Positions 49,315-61,857 of a stretch of 64,000 bases of DNA are shown piece by piece. The DNA is from Mytilus trossulus. Lineage: Eukaryota. The DNA lies in NCBI RefSeq assembly GCF_036588685.1, contig NC_086378.1, forward strand, positions 84,816,001 to 84,880,000, given 5' to 3'. Below the pieces are notes generated by a model. That model was given only the letters and a program-made list of their open reading frames with translations. It was not told the DNA's origin and did no database searches. Positions within the stretch are counted from its first letter, which is position 1. Each line of letters begins with the position of its first letter. The translations under genes and the position numbers were made by a program.

Positions 49315-50868
49315 ATAAAAAAGAAGATTTGGTATGATTGCCAATGAGACAACTCTCCGATAAATACCAAATGACACAAATATAAACAACTAGCGGTTAC
49401 AGTACGATCTTTAACAAAGATCAAAGCCCATACAGCACAGTCAGCTATAAGAGCCCCGAAATGACAAATGGAAAACAATACAAACGACAAAATCTAATAC
49501 ATACTAATTAAATGAAAAACCATTATATAACACATCAGTAAACGACATCCACTAAAATACAGGCGCTTGAACTGGCAAAGACACGTGCATACTAAATGTT
49601 GCGACGTTAAACATCAGAGCGGGATTTAAACCCTCCCCTAACCCTGGGACAGTTGTGCTACAGTACAATGTCAGAAATAAGTGATTAAAATCAGTTGAAA
49701 AGGGCGTTACTTGTCAGATTGATACAAATAGAATTGCATGTACATCTAACAAAAACACTAGCATATTTGTATATTCCAACTTTTAATAGACACTAATTAC
49801 TGATCTGAGAGTATTTGCAGTTACTGGCAGCTAAGTCAAAACCACTAAATAGTCAATCAGTACACATCCAACATCAAATGTATTTAGTGTATAGACGTCA
49901 GAGAAAAACATGACCTTGTGCAATGCCAAGATATTGTATGCAGGTATTGACAGATTGTAGATCTATAAATGTGTATATGTATAAAACAATAATATTTAGT
50001 GTGCTTTTAATTTACTGAGGATAACGAAATCAATAATTATAGTAATTAATGCAATATTCTATTATATAATTACAGTGTTGAATTTGTAACCTTTTAGAAC
50101 AGGTTTATTCAAAGGATCGATAAGATTACCAGGTACGTTTATAAATTTCCGGGCACGGTAAACAACATTTCCGTAAAAATTTTGATGTGCTATTCCGTTT
50201 GAAAAAAGTTTACAGGTACAACCAAACATCAAACCAAATTTTTATATTTATGGAAGAATTAAATAAAGGTTTTAAGTAATTTGTGTAAAACAGAAATATC
50301 TAAATCAAAGAACGGACAGTTATCACCGTTTACATTTGATTTATTCAAAGTTAATTCCTTTTAGGAAATTTCGGAAGTATATTTAGATAATTCTTGATTA
50401 TTTAACGAAAAATATCATCAAGATAACAGTAAGTGTTGTTGAATTTATCAATTAAATGCAATTTGACGGGTGTTTACTGAGTTTGGTCATAAACTGTAAT
50501 TTATTGTTCAAAAATATATCTGCTATAAAAAGGGCGCAATTAGTGTCCATTGGAATACCAACAAACTCTCGATAAACTTTGTTGCAGAAAAGTTCATAAA
50601 TAACATCAAGGAGAATAAGCAGCTCATCACAGCACCAGTAAGTAATTTCAGCATACCTTTCTCATTTGAAAAGAAGGCTTTCAATGAATTACATTTATAT
50701 TTAATAAACGATCATTTAATTGAATAGGATAACTTGCGTTTGATAATATTGTGTGGATGTGTAGTGATATATAGTAGAAAGGTCAAACCAGTCAACAGAA
50801 TCAAAAGGACCATTAAAAGCACTTAATTTATCTAAAACATCCAAAAAATCATTTACACCCATTGTCAT
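49315..50868 (-). mobile_element. Decayed PLE: RT remnant (~50100-50868) plus 3' repeat (~49315-49860)
   Basis: Minus strand VGIPMDTNCAPFIADIF at ~50515-50570; downstream sequence is the repeat family seen at 24945-25392. Confidence 0.72.
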
Positions 50869-51310
50869 AGCTATTTACACTATTGGGAAGATACCACTGC
50901 TGACGGATGTTTCGTCCTCGCGGGTATCACCAGCCAAGTAGTCAGCACTTCGGTGTTGACATGAAAATCAATTATATGGTTATTTTAGCAAATTTTGGTT
51001 CATATGGTTTCGAAAACTAGACATTTTCTTATCCTAGGAATAGAACATCTTAGTCGTTTTTGCACATTTTGTTTTAAATCGGTCCAGAGTAATATTTAAC
51101 TTTGTACATGTTTGGCTTTATAACTATTTTTATTTGACGTCACTGTTGAGTCTTATGTAGACAAAACGCACATCTGGCGTATTCAATTTTAATCCTGGTA
51201 CCTTTCATCCATTCACAATACTGGGTCGATCCACTGCTGGTGGACATTTCGTCTCCGAGGGTACCAAAAAGCCCAGTATTCAGCACTTCGGTGTTGACAT
51301 GAATATCAAT
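50869..51310 (+). mobile_element. Degenerate retrozyme (~1.3 monomers) with dead hammerhead (CTGTTGA / AAAA / ATC)
   Basis: CTATTTACAC...GGTATCACCAGCC..GTCAGCACTTCGGTGTTGAC...CACTGTTGAGTCTTATGTAGACAAAACGCACATCTGGCGT. Confidence 0.78.
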
Positions 51311-51364
51311 AGACAACCTTCGAGTTTATCTGATCCATCAATAATTCTTTGGATCGTTTGATAT

Positions 51365-52885
51365 GAACCTGTTGATACAACATGTCTTGTTGCAATTAGA
51401 TGATAAACATGAATACATACACAATAGAAATTACATGTAGGGAGTTGAAGCAGTGTACATATTATTATTCAATCATTTTCAGAGGTCAGTGCACTGACCT
51501 GACCACGCAAAATATATATTTATATAAAAAAATGTCACACATAGTAGAAAGGCTTCGATTTTCGTATTGGATTTGAGATATTTGAGCAAAAATTGCATTT
51601 CATGTTTTATTATATTTAAAATCACCGATTTACTTATCCCTTTCTTTTGATATTTTGCGCTATTTCTAGTTTTCCAGATAACCAATTTCATGATTAAAAG
51701 CACCATATCTAAAATTTTGGCATAAGATGCATCTGCATTTATGACCCCCAAAATTATAATTGTTTCCGATTTTTGTAGGTTTTGGGTATTTAATTTTGAG
51801 CAAAATTCCCTTATTTTCTCAAAAATGTCCCGCCAAACGTCTTCCACCAGTTTACAATTAATAACAAGATGAAATAGTGATTCTTTTTCATTGCAAAAGT
51901 GACACTTCCCGTTAGAGCGATTCACTTTTTGTAATTTTTCTTCAGAGTAAATTATATTATATAGTAATTTCCATTGAAATTGTTTAAATTTCCTGTTAGC
52001 TAAATTCTTATTCAAAGTTTCTCAAATGTAATCTCATTGTAGTTCATTCCCAAAATGTAAATTCCACTTCAACTGACTAATTGGAGCTGTTTTATTTTCA
52101 TAAAAGTATCTAATATCTTTAAGGTATAATTTTTTTGCATCAACGACAACTCCATTTTTTTATAAATTGAGAAGAATTTATTATTTTTATAGGTCTATCA
52201 GAATGACTTTGTATGCTACAGTCTGTTTTTAAAACGTCAATTTGTTGGGGTGTTAACGAAGATTTAATGCGGCTATATTGTGCAATCCAAGTCCTTTTAT
52301 CTTTAAGATGGTAAAAAATATCAAAGGGAGTTTTGAAGGATTTATTGTTTAAGTACCATATATCGTTAATTTTTTTTATTCCACTGGAGGCAAAATTTGT
52401 ATAATATAATGCATGTCCCTTGAACATAAAATTTACAATTCCCGAAAATATTTTCTTCTAAAAGGTCCTCTTTTGTGACCGATTTTTGAATTTGCTGTAA
52501 GTCAGACCAGGAAATTAAAAGTTAATATTTGGACATTTGTATTTGCCTAAAACATGTATTGTCCGAACTAGAACATATAAAAAAATGTGTATCATATTTT
52601 TCGTCTAGTGACGTTAACCAGTATTTTCCTATTGCATTCCATTTTTTGTGTGTTTGAGTTGACACAACAGTACATACTTTTCGCTTGTTTTGATTTTATA
52701 AAGTCTCTTAAGTTTATCATTCCTATCCCCACTTTTTCTCTCGATAAACAGCACACTGTTCTTGTGATTTGGTTTGTTTTCCAATCCCATGTAAAGGACC
52801 ATATGATATTATTTATTTGTTTTACGTATATATCCGGGATACCTCTCATTTCAATTTCGTATCCAATGACGGACAGTTCAAAGGA
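51365..52885 (-). mobile_element. Second copy (3' part) of the L1/Tx1 LINE family
   Basis: ORF 51479..52015 closely matches ORFs 42728..43021 and 42456..42773; 3' UTR matches ~42295-42450; retains part of the sequence deleted from the first copy. Confidence 0.9.
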
Positions 52886-53223
52886 TTTAATAAAAGAGGG
52901 ACGAAAGATACCAGAGGGACAGTAAAAGTCATAAATCTAAAACAAACTGACAACGCCATGGCTAAAAATGAAAAAGACAAACTGAAAAACAATAATACAC
53001 ATGACACAACATAGAAAAAATAAACAACACGAACCCCACCAAAATCTAGGGGTGATCTCAGGTGCTCCAGAAGGGTAAGCAGATCCTGCTCCACATGTGG
53101 CACCCGTCGTGTTGCTTGTGTGGTTACAAATCCGGCAAATCGTCTAATTCGAGAGGTCACATTCATGAAAGGGAAGGGGATTGTAGTAACGACGTGAGGG
53201 ACATATCCGATATCATTTGTGAT

Positions 53224-54123
53224 TAGTTATCAAAAGTACCAGGATTATAATTTTATACGCCAGACGCGCGTTTCGTCTACATAAGACTCATCAGTGACGC
53301 TCAGATCAAAATAGTTAAAAAGCCAAATAAATACAAAGTTGAAGAGCATTGAGGATCCAAAACTCCAAAAAGTTGTGCCAAATACGGCTAAGGTAATCTA
53401 CTCCTGGGGTAAGAAAATCCTTAGTATTTCGAAAAATTCAAAGTTTTGTAGACAGAAAATTTATAAAAATGACCATATAATTGATATTCATGTCAACACC
53501 GAAATGCTGACTACTGGGCTGGTGATACCCTCGGGGACGAAACGTCCACCAGCAGTGGCATCGACCCAGTGGTGTAAATAGTTATCAAAAGTACCAGGAT
53601 TATAATTTTATACGCCAGACGCGCGTTTCGTCTACATAAGACTTATCAGTGACGCTCAGATCAAAATAGTTCAAAAGCCAAATAAATACAAAGTTGAAGA
53701 GCATTGAGGATCCAAAACTCCAAAAAGTTGTGCCAAATACGGCTAAGGTAATCTACTCCTGGGGTAAGAAAATCCTTAGTATTTCGAAAAATTCAATGTT
53801 TTGTAAACAGAAAATTTATAAAAATGACCATATAATTGATATTCATGTCAACACCGAAATGCGGACTACTGGGCTGGTGATACCCTCGGGGACGAAACGT
53901 CCACCAGCAGTGGCATCGACCCAGTGGTGTAAATAGTTATCAAAAGTACCAGGATTATAATTTTATACGCCAGACGCGCGTTTCGTCTACATAAGACTTA
54001 TCAGTGACGCTCAGATCAAAATAGTTAAAAAGCCAAATAAATACAAAGTTGAAGAGCATTGAGGATCCAAAACTCCAAAAAGTTGTGCCAAATACGGCTA
54101 AGGTAATCTACTCCTGGGGTAAG
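53224..54123 (-). mobile_element. Non-LTR retrozyme tandem array: ~2.5 x 355-bp monomers, three hammerhead motifs
   Basis: Near-identical units offset by exactly 355 bp (53257, 53612, 53967), each with a type I hammerhead on the minus strand. Confidence 0.92.
53255..53302 (-). ncRNA. Type I hammerhead ribozyme, canonical core
   Basis: GAGCGTCA-CTGATGA-GTCT TATGT AGAC-GAAA-CGCGC-GTC|TGGCGTAT; predicted cleavage between window positions 53263 and 53262. Confidence 0.9.
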
Positions 54124-54190
54124 ATACCGAAACGGTTATTCCATAACGGTCAACCAACTCGTGATGGCGTCCGTAAAACTTACGAAGGGA

Positions 54191-57100
54191 TCGACTAGCT
54201 GCTGTAATGTACTTTGCCATAACGTTATAGTCCAAGTGTTCTGTAAAAACTAAGCCCAAATATGTGTAACGTTCTACTGTCTGTAAAATGTGGTTTTCGC
54301 AATGACAGGTTGTTTGACTTCTCGGGAACGAATTTGGACGAAAGTGAACTATATTTGACTTGTTGTCGTTTATTGTCATCTTGTTATCGGTACACCATAA
54401 ATCTAATGCACCAAGTTATGTTTGTAGCTCTGTTTCTGTGTTTGATAACAACACTTAATCATCGGCATAAAGTAACATGGACACCTTTTCCCCATCGATG
54501 TCAATTCCAATATCTAGTGAATCGATATATGTAGCTAATCCGTTTATATATAAGTTGAAAAGTAATGGCGACAACCAACAGCCTTGTTTAAGACCACATT
54601 GAACGTTGAATCAGTCTGTCTGATGTCCATTTATGCGAACACAGCATTCCACGGACTTATACAGAGACAAAATAACGTTATAAATATTCCCACAGATACC
54701 AAGGTCGAATAGTTTCTGGAATAACATCGCTCGATATATCCCGTCATATGCCTTACGAAAATCAATAAATGCAACGAAAGTCGATAAACGTTTCAATTTC
54801 CTAGTCTCTCTTATTGATATTAACGATTTGATGTGATCAATTGTACTGCGCCCTTTTCGGAATCCGTTTGACTGTCATGAAGAATGTCATTTTCGTTCTC
54901 CCATTTTACTTACCTGTTATTAAGTATATGACAGTATAGTTTATAGCACACTGGTACCAACGTTATACCTAGGTAGCTCATTTGGGTCTTTCGGATTTGA
55001 TGCTGACGATTTCGGGATTGGGTTTATATTTCCCTTTGTCCACGTTGCAGGGATAACTCCACGCGAAAAACTCTTGTTGAACAGTTTGTGTAAAAAGTTC
55101 AGTAAACTTGGGACTTAGGATTTCTGCCGGTATTTCGTCCACGCCAACGGCTTTGTTACGCTTTAGGCTACGCATAGCGTTCACTTCTTCAAAACTTGTG
55201 ATTCCATTATTCATTTCAATCTCGGTATCAAGTCTTTGGTCCATTACGTATTCTGAATTGACAGTTTCTGGGTTCAGTAAACTACAATACGAACGTTTCC
55301 ATTCAGTAACCACTGCTTCACGACCATGGGCTATGCTTCCGTCTGGCAATTGAACCGACATAGGTATAAGTTTTCTTCGTTCTGTACCAACACCAATACG
55401 TCCGATTTTTTTCCAAAATTCGCTATGATTAGTGGTTTCGATGTCGTCTATTTCAACCATCTGTTTTCTCCAATGTGTTCGTTTTGCCCTCTTTGCTTCA
55501 CGGTTGAATGTTTTCCTTTTATCAATGAATTCAATGCGACACTGACGCTTTCTTGAATCAGATTTACTTCCAAGCATGGCTTTCTCAGCAACACAGACAT
55601 TATTCCATAGTTGTGTGAGTTTATCTGTCCACCACGGTTTTTTTAATTCGTCGTCTTTTGTTGTTTAATAACCCGGATGACATTTTAATCACTTTATAGC
55701 TTAAATTTTCCGTCATTTCGACTTCCAATAAATTCACAAAATCACTATAAATTTGATCAATTTCAGAACAATTTGCACTTTGCACTTCCAATGATGAAAA
55801 TATATCTTCTATTTTATGTAAATGTGTTGCTAAGAATGAGCTGGGAATGTTATTAAGATCGTGCTTTTTATATTCACAAGTGTTAATTTCTTCATTCATA
55901 TTTCCTCTCACAATTTTATCTTTATTTATATTCCATATCAACATTGAGTGGTCAGGTTTCGACACGCGTGGATCGGCATATTCTAATAATTTGTGCTTTT
56001 CTAATAATTCTGACATAGTAATAACTTCAAAATTTTCAAACAGATTAAGAAGTTCGTAAGGAACGATGCAGTAATCCACCACAGATTAACCAAGCTGAGA
56101 GACATATGTTTAGTTATTTTTAACACAATTTCGTCCATTTAATATACAACAACTTGAATTAATCAAATATTCACATAATAGTTCTCCGTATAAATTACTC
56201 TGAAAATCGACTATATTTCTTTCCGGGATTTTGTCAACACCAGGTATATAATCCTCAAAGTTTGAACAACGACTGTTGAAATCCCCACATAAGAAAAATA
56301 AGGAATATTTCCCGTACATATGAACTTGACTCAGTAAAGCATCATGAAACTCATTTGCATCAACATGTCTTGTCGAATTTACCGGTGGCAGATAAAATGC
56401 ACACGCTTTAAAGCAAGCTTTTCTATCCTTGTGTTCTAAGTTTATCCATAAAATTCCCTCTTTCGATGAATCAATCACTTCTATATTGTATTGCGTTGCT
56501 AAAATGCTCCGCACTAGATACCAGACCCCTCCGGAACCTTTTTTCGCTCTAACATGTATCTCAGATCGGTTATGTCCTATCCACTTATATCCAATCATTT
56601 CAATTCCGTTGTTTTCTGTCAAATGCGTCTCCGCGATTCCTATTAAGTCTAATTGTTCTTGTTCTATACAAGTTTGTCGTAAAATGTGATTTTCGGACCT
56701 AGCTATTTCAAAAATGTTCCATCCTTTTACATTCCAAAACAAGCAACGCCACTAACGATAACTCCTGTTGCTATTACTGACATTTCGCTCATTTGAGTGA
56801 CGTTGGTCTCTATTCCAGTCATTTTTGCGACGATTATAGTCTCTGCGACCGTTTGCACGATTATCGCGATGATCGTTATCGTATCTATTGTTCATGTATC
56901 CATTATTCCTTTAATTAGTATTGCTGTTATCGAGAATATTGACGCTGAATTTTTTCAATTGAATTCGTGATCCCCGGATTTTAAGCTTGTCATTTCCGAT
57001 CGTTTTCACAATGTGCCGTAGGTTTGCGTTTAACATACGTTGTGATTTTGGCAGGTCATGGTCAATAAAGACATCCCTGAAATTTCTTGTGTCTTTTAGA

Positions 57101-58110
57101 TTCCTCTTCACTTCCGTGACTTTGTGCTTGTCCTCCGTACTTTCCAATTTTACTATAATGACACCCGGTTTGTTTTCGCGCATACTTTTCTTACGGTCAA
57201 CTGACTGAATACGTATGTCTTTTAGTCGTAGTCCGTCCTTTAAAAATCCGTTGACTTTGTTAATGTTTTCATTATTGCTTTCCGGTAAGTTACGGATGAT
57301 GATGGTATTTCGTTGATCATCAATGTTTAGTCTCTCATTCGGCTGTTTTTTGTACTCCTGCATAGGATTTTTTCATTGAAGAAAGTTCTTTCTGTACACA
57401 TTCTATATACTTCTTAACTTCTTTTTTAAACTTTGACATTTCATCATCAACTTTTTTCTCTAATTTCTGTAGGTCTTTTTTCATATTTTTGCGCTCTTCA
57501 TCTATCACCTTTTTAATCTTTTTATCTACCACTTGTTCGATTGTTTTTGAAATATTACTTTCTATGTTATCTATTCTTGACGATAATTGATCACAAAATG
57601 TGTTCATCGTCTCCGTTAAGGTAATCATCATGGCCTTTTTATCATTGATATCGCTGCCTGAACACTGTTTATTTTCTTTTTCAATACACTGTGCGACAAC
57701 TGATTCGTGTCCAATTTCGTTATCTGTTACGGTAGTCTCGCTTCGTTGTTGTTTAAGGTTTCGCTTGTTAAGGTCGCCTGATCGTCGACGTTTTGATCTA
57801 GTTTTAGGTTTATCTTGTGAAATTGAGATATTAAAGTTACTCACTGGTCTCTCTGCATGAATTTCAACTGGGACAGCAATCTGATTCGGCGTTTCGGGTG
57901 CCATTACTGCTTGAACATAATTGTCCGCGGACTGCTAGCTCAGAGGATTCATCTCAGAATCGGTCATTTTCCACTTAATCCACTATATTTTGATTAATAG
58001 TATATTCTGAATACCATACACATAAATCCAAACGTTCAATACAGCAATTATATCCCCAAAAATACGACAAATCATATAATTTTATCCACAAAAATTTGCA
58101 CCACTTGTTT
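54191..58110 (-). mobile_element. Decayed two-ORF APE-RT LINE (CR1/L2-like ORF1; clade uncertain), 3' end lost
   Basis: ORF1 57335..57904 and 56911..57363 (coiled coil, then IIIRNLPE...VFIDHDLP). ORF2 WNVKG, IAETHL, CGDFNSR, VDYCIV, PDHSML, AFIDFRKAYD, GLKQGCWLSPLLFNLYI and a YADD-like stretch near 54460. Confidence 0.88.
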
Positions 58111-59179
58111 ACTTGCACATGCGCAAAACAGTACTACAATAAAGAAATAGAGAACAATCTAGGTCGTTTAATAAACATTTAATATATCTTGCCCCAGTGT
58201 TTGTTTTGGAAATTATGCGCATGCGTATAGTTTTCTTGACTTTAAGGGGCTTTAGATTGAATGGTTGCTCTGGGTTCTCCACTCACTTAATTAATTTATA
58301 ACTCATGGGATCTTGTCTATGTATGTCTGCTATAAAGGGTTATTGTTGTTGCATTTTTAAATCATATGCAGCATTTAGATTGAAATAATTGTATTCCACA
58401 TCGTAGAACACCCCTTCAGGCGAAATGGAGTCTTCCATATTATCGTTTCGAGTTGTCTCCCTTCGAGATAACTTCCGTGAATTCTGAATCAAACAAGACG
58501 TCGAGTATTAGCTCGTTCTGACAATAAACGTCGTATTAATTAAATAGTTAAAGAGTTGGGAATGGGGTTCCTCCTAGAATTAACGTAGGATAAAAGGTGA
58601 TAAGATACGAAGTGAAATACCCTCTCTCACCTGCTCACTCTGAGTCTCAGTGACCGCTGTGGAAAGTAAACTTGGAGTTGATAGTACAAAAATAAAACAC
58701 AATAGGCCTATTACATTGTTCATACACTTTTATCCAGGTTTTGCTATTTTGTTACTATTTTACATGTGCAGTTTTGAAAATAATATTATCCAGCTAGATG
58801 TATTCATGTGTCAATGAAACAACGGCAATCGTATCCCTCAGAGCAATTTGCTCTTTGGTTATATACAAAGTAGTCATAAACTATGCGAATAATTGAACTG
58901 AAAGTCGTATACTTTTACGTGCGCCTCTAATCTAAATCGTACATTTTTAGTTGACAACTAACTCATTGACCGCTCTTATTTGGATCAACTTTAAATATAA
59001 TGTAGAATATTGTAGGACTACTAAGCGAGGGGGAGGCTTCAGAATATAAATGAATCTGGTCATGCAATGTCATTATTTTTGTGACTTGTCATTTATTTCG
59101 TATCCTATCACTATTCATTATATTGAAGTTGTTCGGTAGTGTAAATTAAGGCCTACATGTTGTTTTCGGATTTTGTAAG

Positions 59180-60330
59180 TGTGACTGTGGGAATTGTGAA
59201 CCCATGACAACCTCTGGAGAATGTACATGTTGTTTGAATGTATTAGTTTCCACATGCAACCAGAAGACCTGCAGTGTATCACAAAGCACGAAGTGTTTGT
59301 TGCTAACTGCTTCAACAGACACGTTTTACAGGTTAGCATGTATGCTTACCTGGAAAATGTGGGACCTTTTGATGACAACGAGCCAACAAATGAGTAAATT
59401 TTTTTTCTTCTTTCTACTGCATTCATCTTGACCTTGCATATTCATTTTCTGCCTTTGTGATAACTTGCATATTTGTTTACAACTTCATAATAGCTTGCAC
59501 ATTGCTAGTGTCGTGATGCTGCTGTCTCTTTTAAACTGTTCATCGCTAGCTCCATAATTTCCAAACAAGCGATCTGTCATGATGCAGAAAAAATGTTACC
59601 CACGCCTTGACCGAATCAAAGACACCAAATATTCTCACCAGTCTGGCCTTTTAATCATGCAAACTCCAAATTATTAAACAAGTAACAAGACAAAAAACTC
59701 CAAGCTCTCACATAATTTGATATAACGTAGCACCACAAACATGAGTGGCCATATGAACTCGGGTAGATGTTTGTCTCATTGGCATTCTTACCACATCTCA
59801 TTTTCAATTAGATTAGATGTCATTTTGCATAAATCTCCGTAAATTATTCATTCACCTGACAGAATCCAAGAACACAAATTCCATCAGACTATAGAAGTAC
59901 AACTCTTTAACAGTCAATTAGAAAACAATGGTATTTTTGACAAAGTTATTAACATGCGTCTTAATAAAAGTTATATACAATTGATACAAATAATTTTCGT
60001 ATTTATGGTACAATTTATATTTACAATGACAATAATGTTTTATTAATGCAACATTCATATATACAAATACAATCATAATTATATTTATGCAACAATTTTA
60101 TATTTACAATTATCATGATTGCTTGAAATAAAGATTATAACAATCGTTTGTTTTAACATGAAACTTCTATCTACAGGAGGTACCGCTTCATGTCATACAG
60201 ACGTTTTGTTCAATGGATTTGGCATAGACTAGGACGACACAACAGAAGGATATTACCAGCATATGTGGTGTAAAAATAAGAGATACTTTCCCATCAGAGA
60301 CATATTCTGGTTTAAAATATGCAGTTGTAT
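59180..60330 (+). pseudogene. Two-exon Cys-rich gene remnant resembling the P2X7 ballast domain / Kolobok accessory protein (KolX-like)
   Basis: CDCGNCEPMTTSGECTCC, then (frameshift) CITKHEVFVANCFNRHVL...DDNEPTN; GT at 59394 and AG at 60175-60176 (phase 2); then RYRFMSYRRFVQWIWHRLGRHNRRILPAYVV*, shifting into IRDTFPSETYSG. Confidence 0.78.
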
Positions 60331-60407
60331 TCAACTATTAAATTTTAAAATTTGAATACAAATTGTTTTTTTACTTTTCTTGTTTGGAAAAGAGGATTGG
60401 TCATTAT

Positions 60408-61049
60408 TTACTGTCTTTGAAACCGTGATCTGTGTCTTTGAATAAGGTCATTCTTCCTGAACGGGGTGAATGTTGATGTCATGTGATCTGGATGGTGATT
60501 GTTGTAAACATGCACATCATCAGAAGCAGATGTATATGATTTGAACTCTTCTCGTCTTCTCTCTACCAAAGCCTGTTTGATGAGGGTCACATAAAATGAA
60601 AAAAAACCACTACTATGAATAAACAATCGTCAAATAATAAAGAGTGACTTCTAAGCTACAACCTTTTTTTTTGTCAAAGAAGAGTTTTGTGATATACTTA
60701 TATATATATATACATGTATAACCAAATTACTGAATTCCATATCAAACTTACTTCCTTTATCAACAGCTTGGATTAACTGTCCTGGTTTAAAATTGTTCTT
60801 AAAATCTCATCAAACAGTGTACTTCTGAAGGTACTTTAAATTTACAAATGGATATCTGGTGCAGTAAAGTTTCCAATAATGTTATTTAAATACTTACCAA
60901 ATGTTGGTGCAGCCTTCTTTGGCTTGACCACTGCCTCAGTGCCCTTTTTGGTCTTTGGGTAACACATACTGAAACTCTGTTCCCCAGTCTTGGTTGTTGC
61001 TTGCTGTCTCCCACGGTTCTCGTTATAATGAAGAGCAGCAATACTCAAT
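60408..61049 (-). pseudogene. 3' exons of a Kolobok-type transposase, convergent with the KolX-like gene
   Basis: Exon 61049-60898 (AG/GT bounded): LSIAALHYNENRGRQQATTKTGEQSFSMCYPKTKKG...KAAPTF. Terminal part ...RKNDLIQRHRSRFQRQ*. Confidence 0.68.
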
Positions 61050-61676
61050 CTGTAAATATCAATACATAAATTAGTCTGACAATACTTCTGAAATTTACAC
61101 AACTAGTATATTGTGTGTATAATATTTAGTAAGGAAGTACATTTGTACAACATTTGTTTTAAAAATTTATCATAGATGTCGCAGTTGTTTTTATCAACTT
61201 CTTATCCAGTCACTGCTTATTGTATTGAACACGTACAGTGTCGCATGCATTGGTAATACAATACAAATTTAAAGCTTACTATACGGTACAGGTTTTGCTA
61301 ATTGTTGACGGCTGCACAGTGACATATATATATATATATATATATATACATCCTGTCCACAAGTTAACAATATTTTTTTTTCTGTGACGTATTAAATTTA
61401 TAATAAGATCCATTTTGTTACAACCTGTGATCAATTTTATTTGGCAATCGCCAATGGCAGTCAGCAGGGTTAAAGAACATCAGTTGTTCGACCTGTTAGT
61501 CAAATGCGTTTTGTTTAAATATACTTTTTCACTCTTTTGGTCTTTTGGAAAATGTTGTTTGTGCTGTTTTTAGACCCTTCTACAACGAAATTTGTTTGAC
61601 ATGCACACGTATAAAAATTGCGGTTTTTATCCAACGCAGTCATAGGTTTGAACGTAGTTTTCAATTTAGACTCGTT

Positions 61677-61857
61677 TATATATATATATATATATACAAC
61701 TCGTCTAAACATCAACCCAACAATGTTAGATCTGTAAAGTTGCTTTCGCAAATTTTTGGTTCTTCCCTCGCTGGATTCGAACCCATGCTACTGTGATATC
61801 GTGACACCAAATCGCCTGCACTGCAGCCGTCCCGCTAGACCACACGACCACCTGGGC
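61677..61857 (-). mobile_element. tRNA-derived SINE with (TA)n tail
   Basis: Minus strand GCCCAGGTGGTCGTGTGGTCTAGCG (A-box-like) ... GGGTTCGAATCC (B box), ~70-bp body, then (TA)n. Confidence 0.72.

Larger units (their letters stand above)
52888..54190 (-). mobile_element. PLE 3'-end fragment split by a retrozyme array
   Basis: 52888-53222 plus ~54129-54190 rejoin to the sequence seen uninterrupted at 12017-12420 (...GATATCATTTGTGA|AA(C/T)GGTTATTCCATAACGG...). Confidence 0.85.

Noticed and set aside
53519-53552. Second hammerhead on the + strand (CTGGTGA...GAAACGTC)
   Set aside because: The core has G at the A6 position, no proper stem II closing pair or stem I/III geometry, and the PLE homologue lacks GAAA; better explained as part of the minus-strand structured element.
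53339-53936. Repeated 80-aa ORFs MKSIEDPK... (also 3791, 4131, 4938, 5269)
   Set aside because: They begin at TTG, lie antisense to the ribozyme strand and are frameshifted between copies; incidental to a non-coding repeat.
61770-61857. Functional tRNA gene
   Set aside because: A and B boxes are present but the acceptor stem does not pair cleanly, and it continues into a body and (TA)n tail; treated as a SINE.
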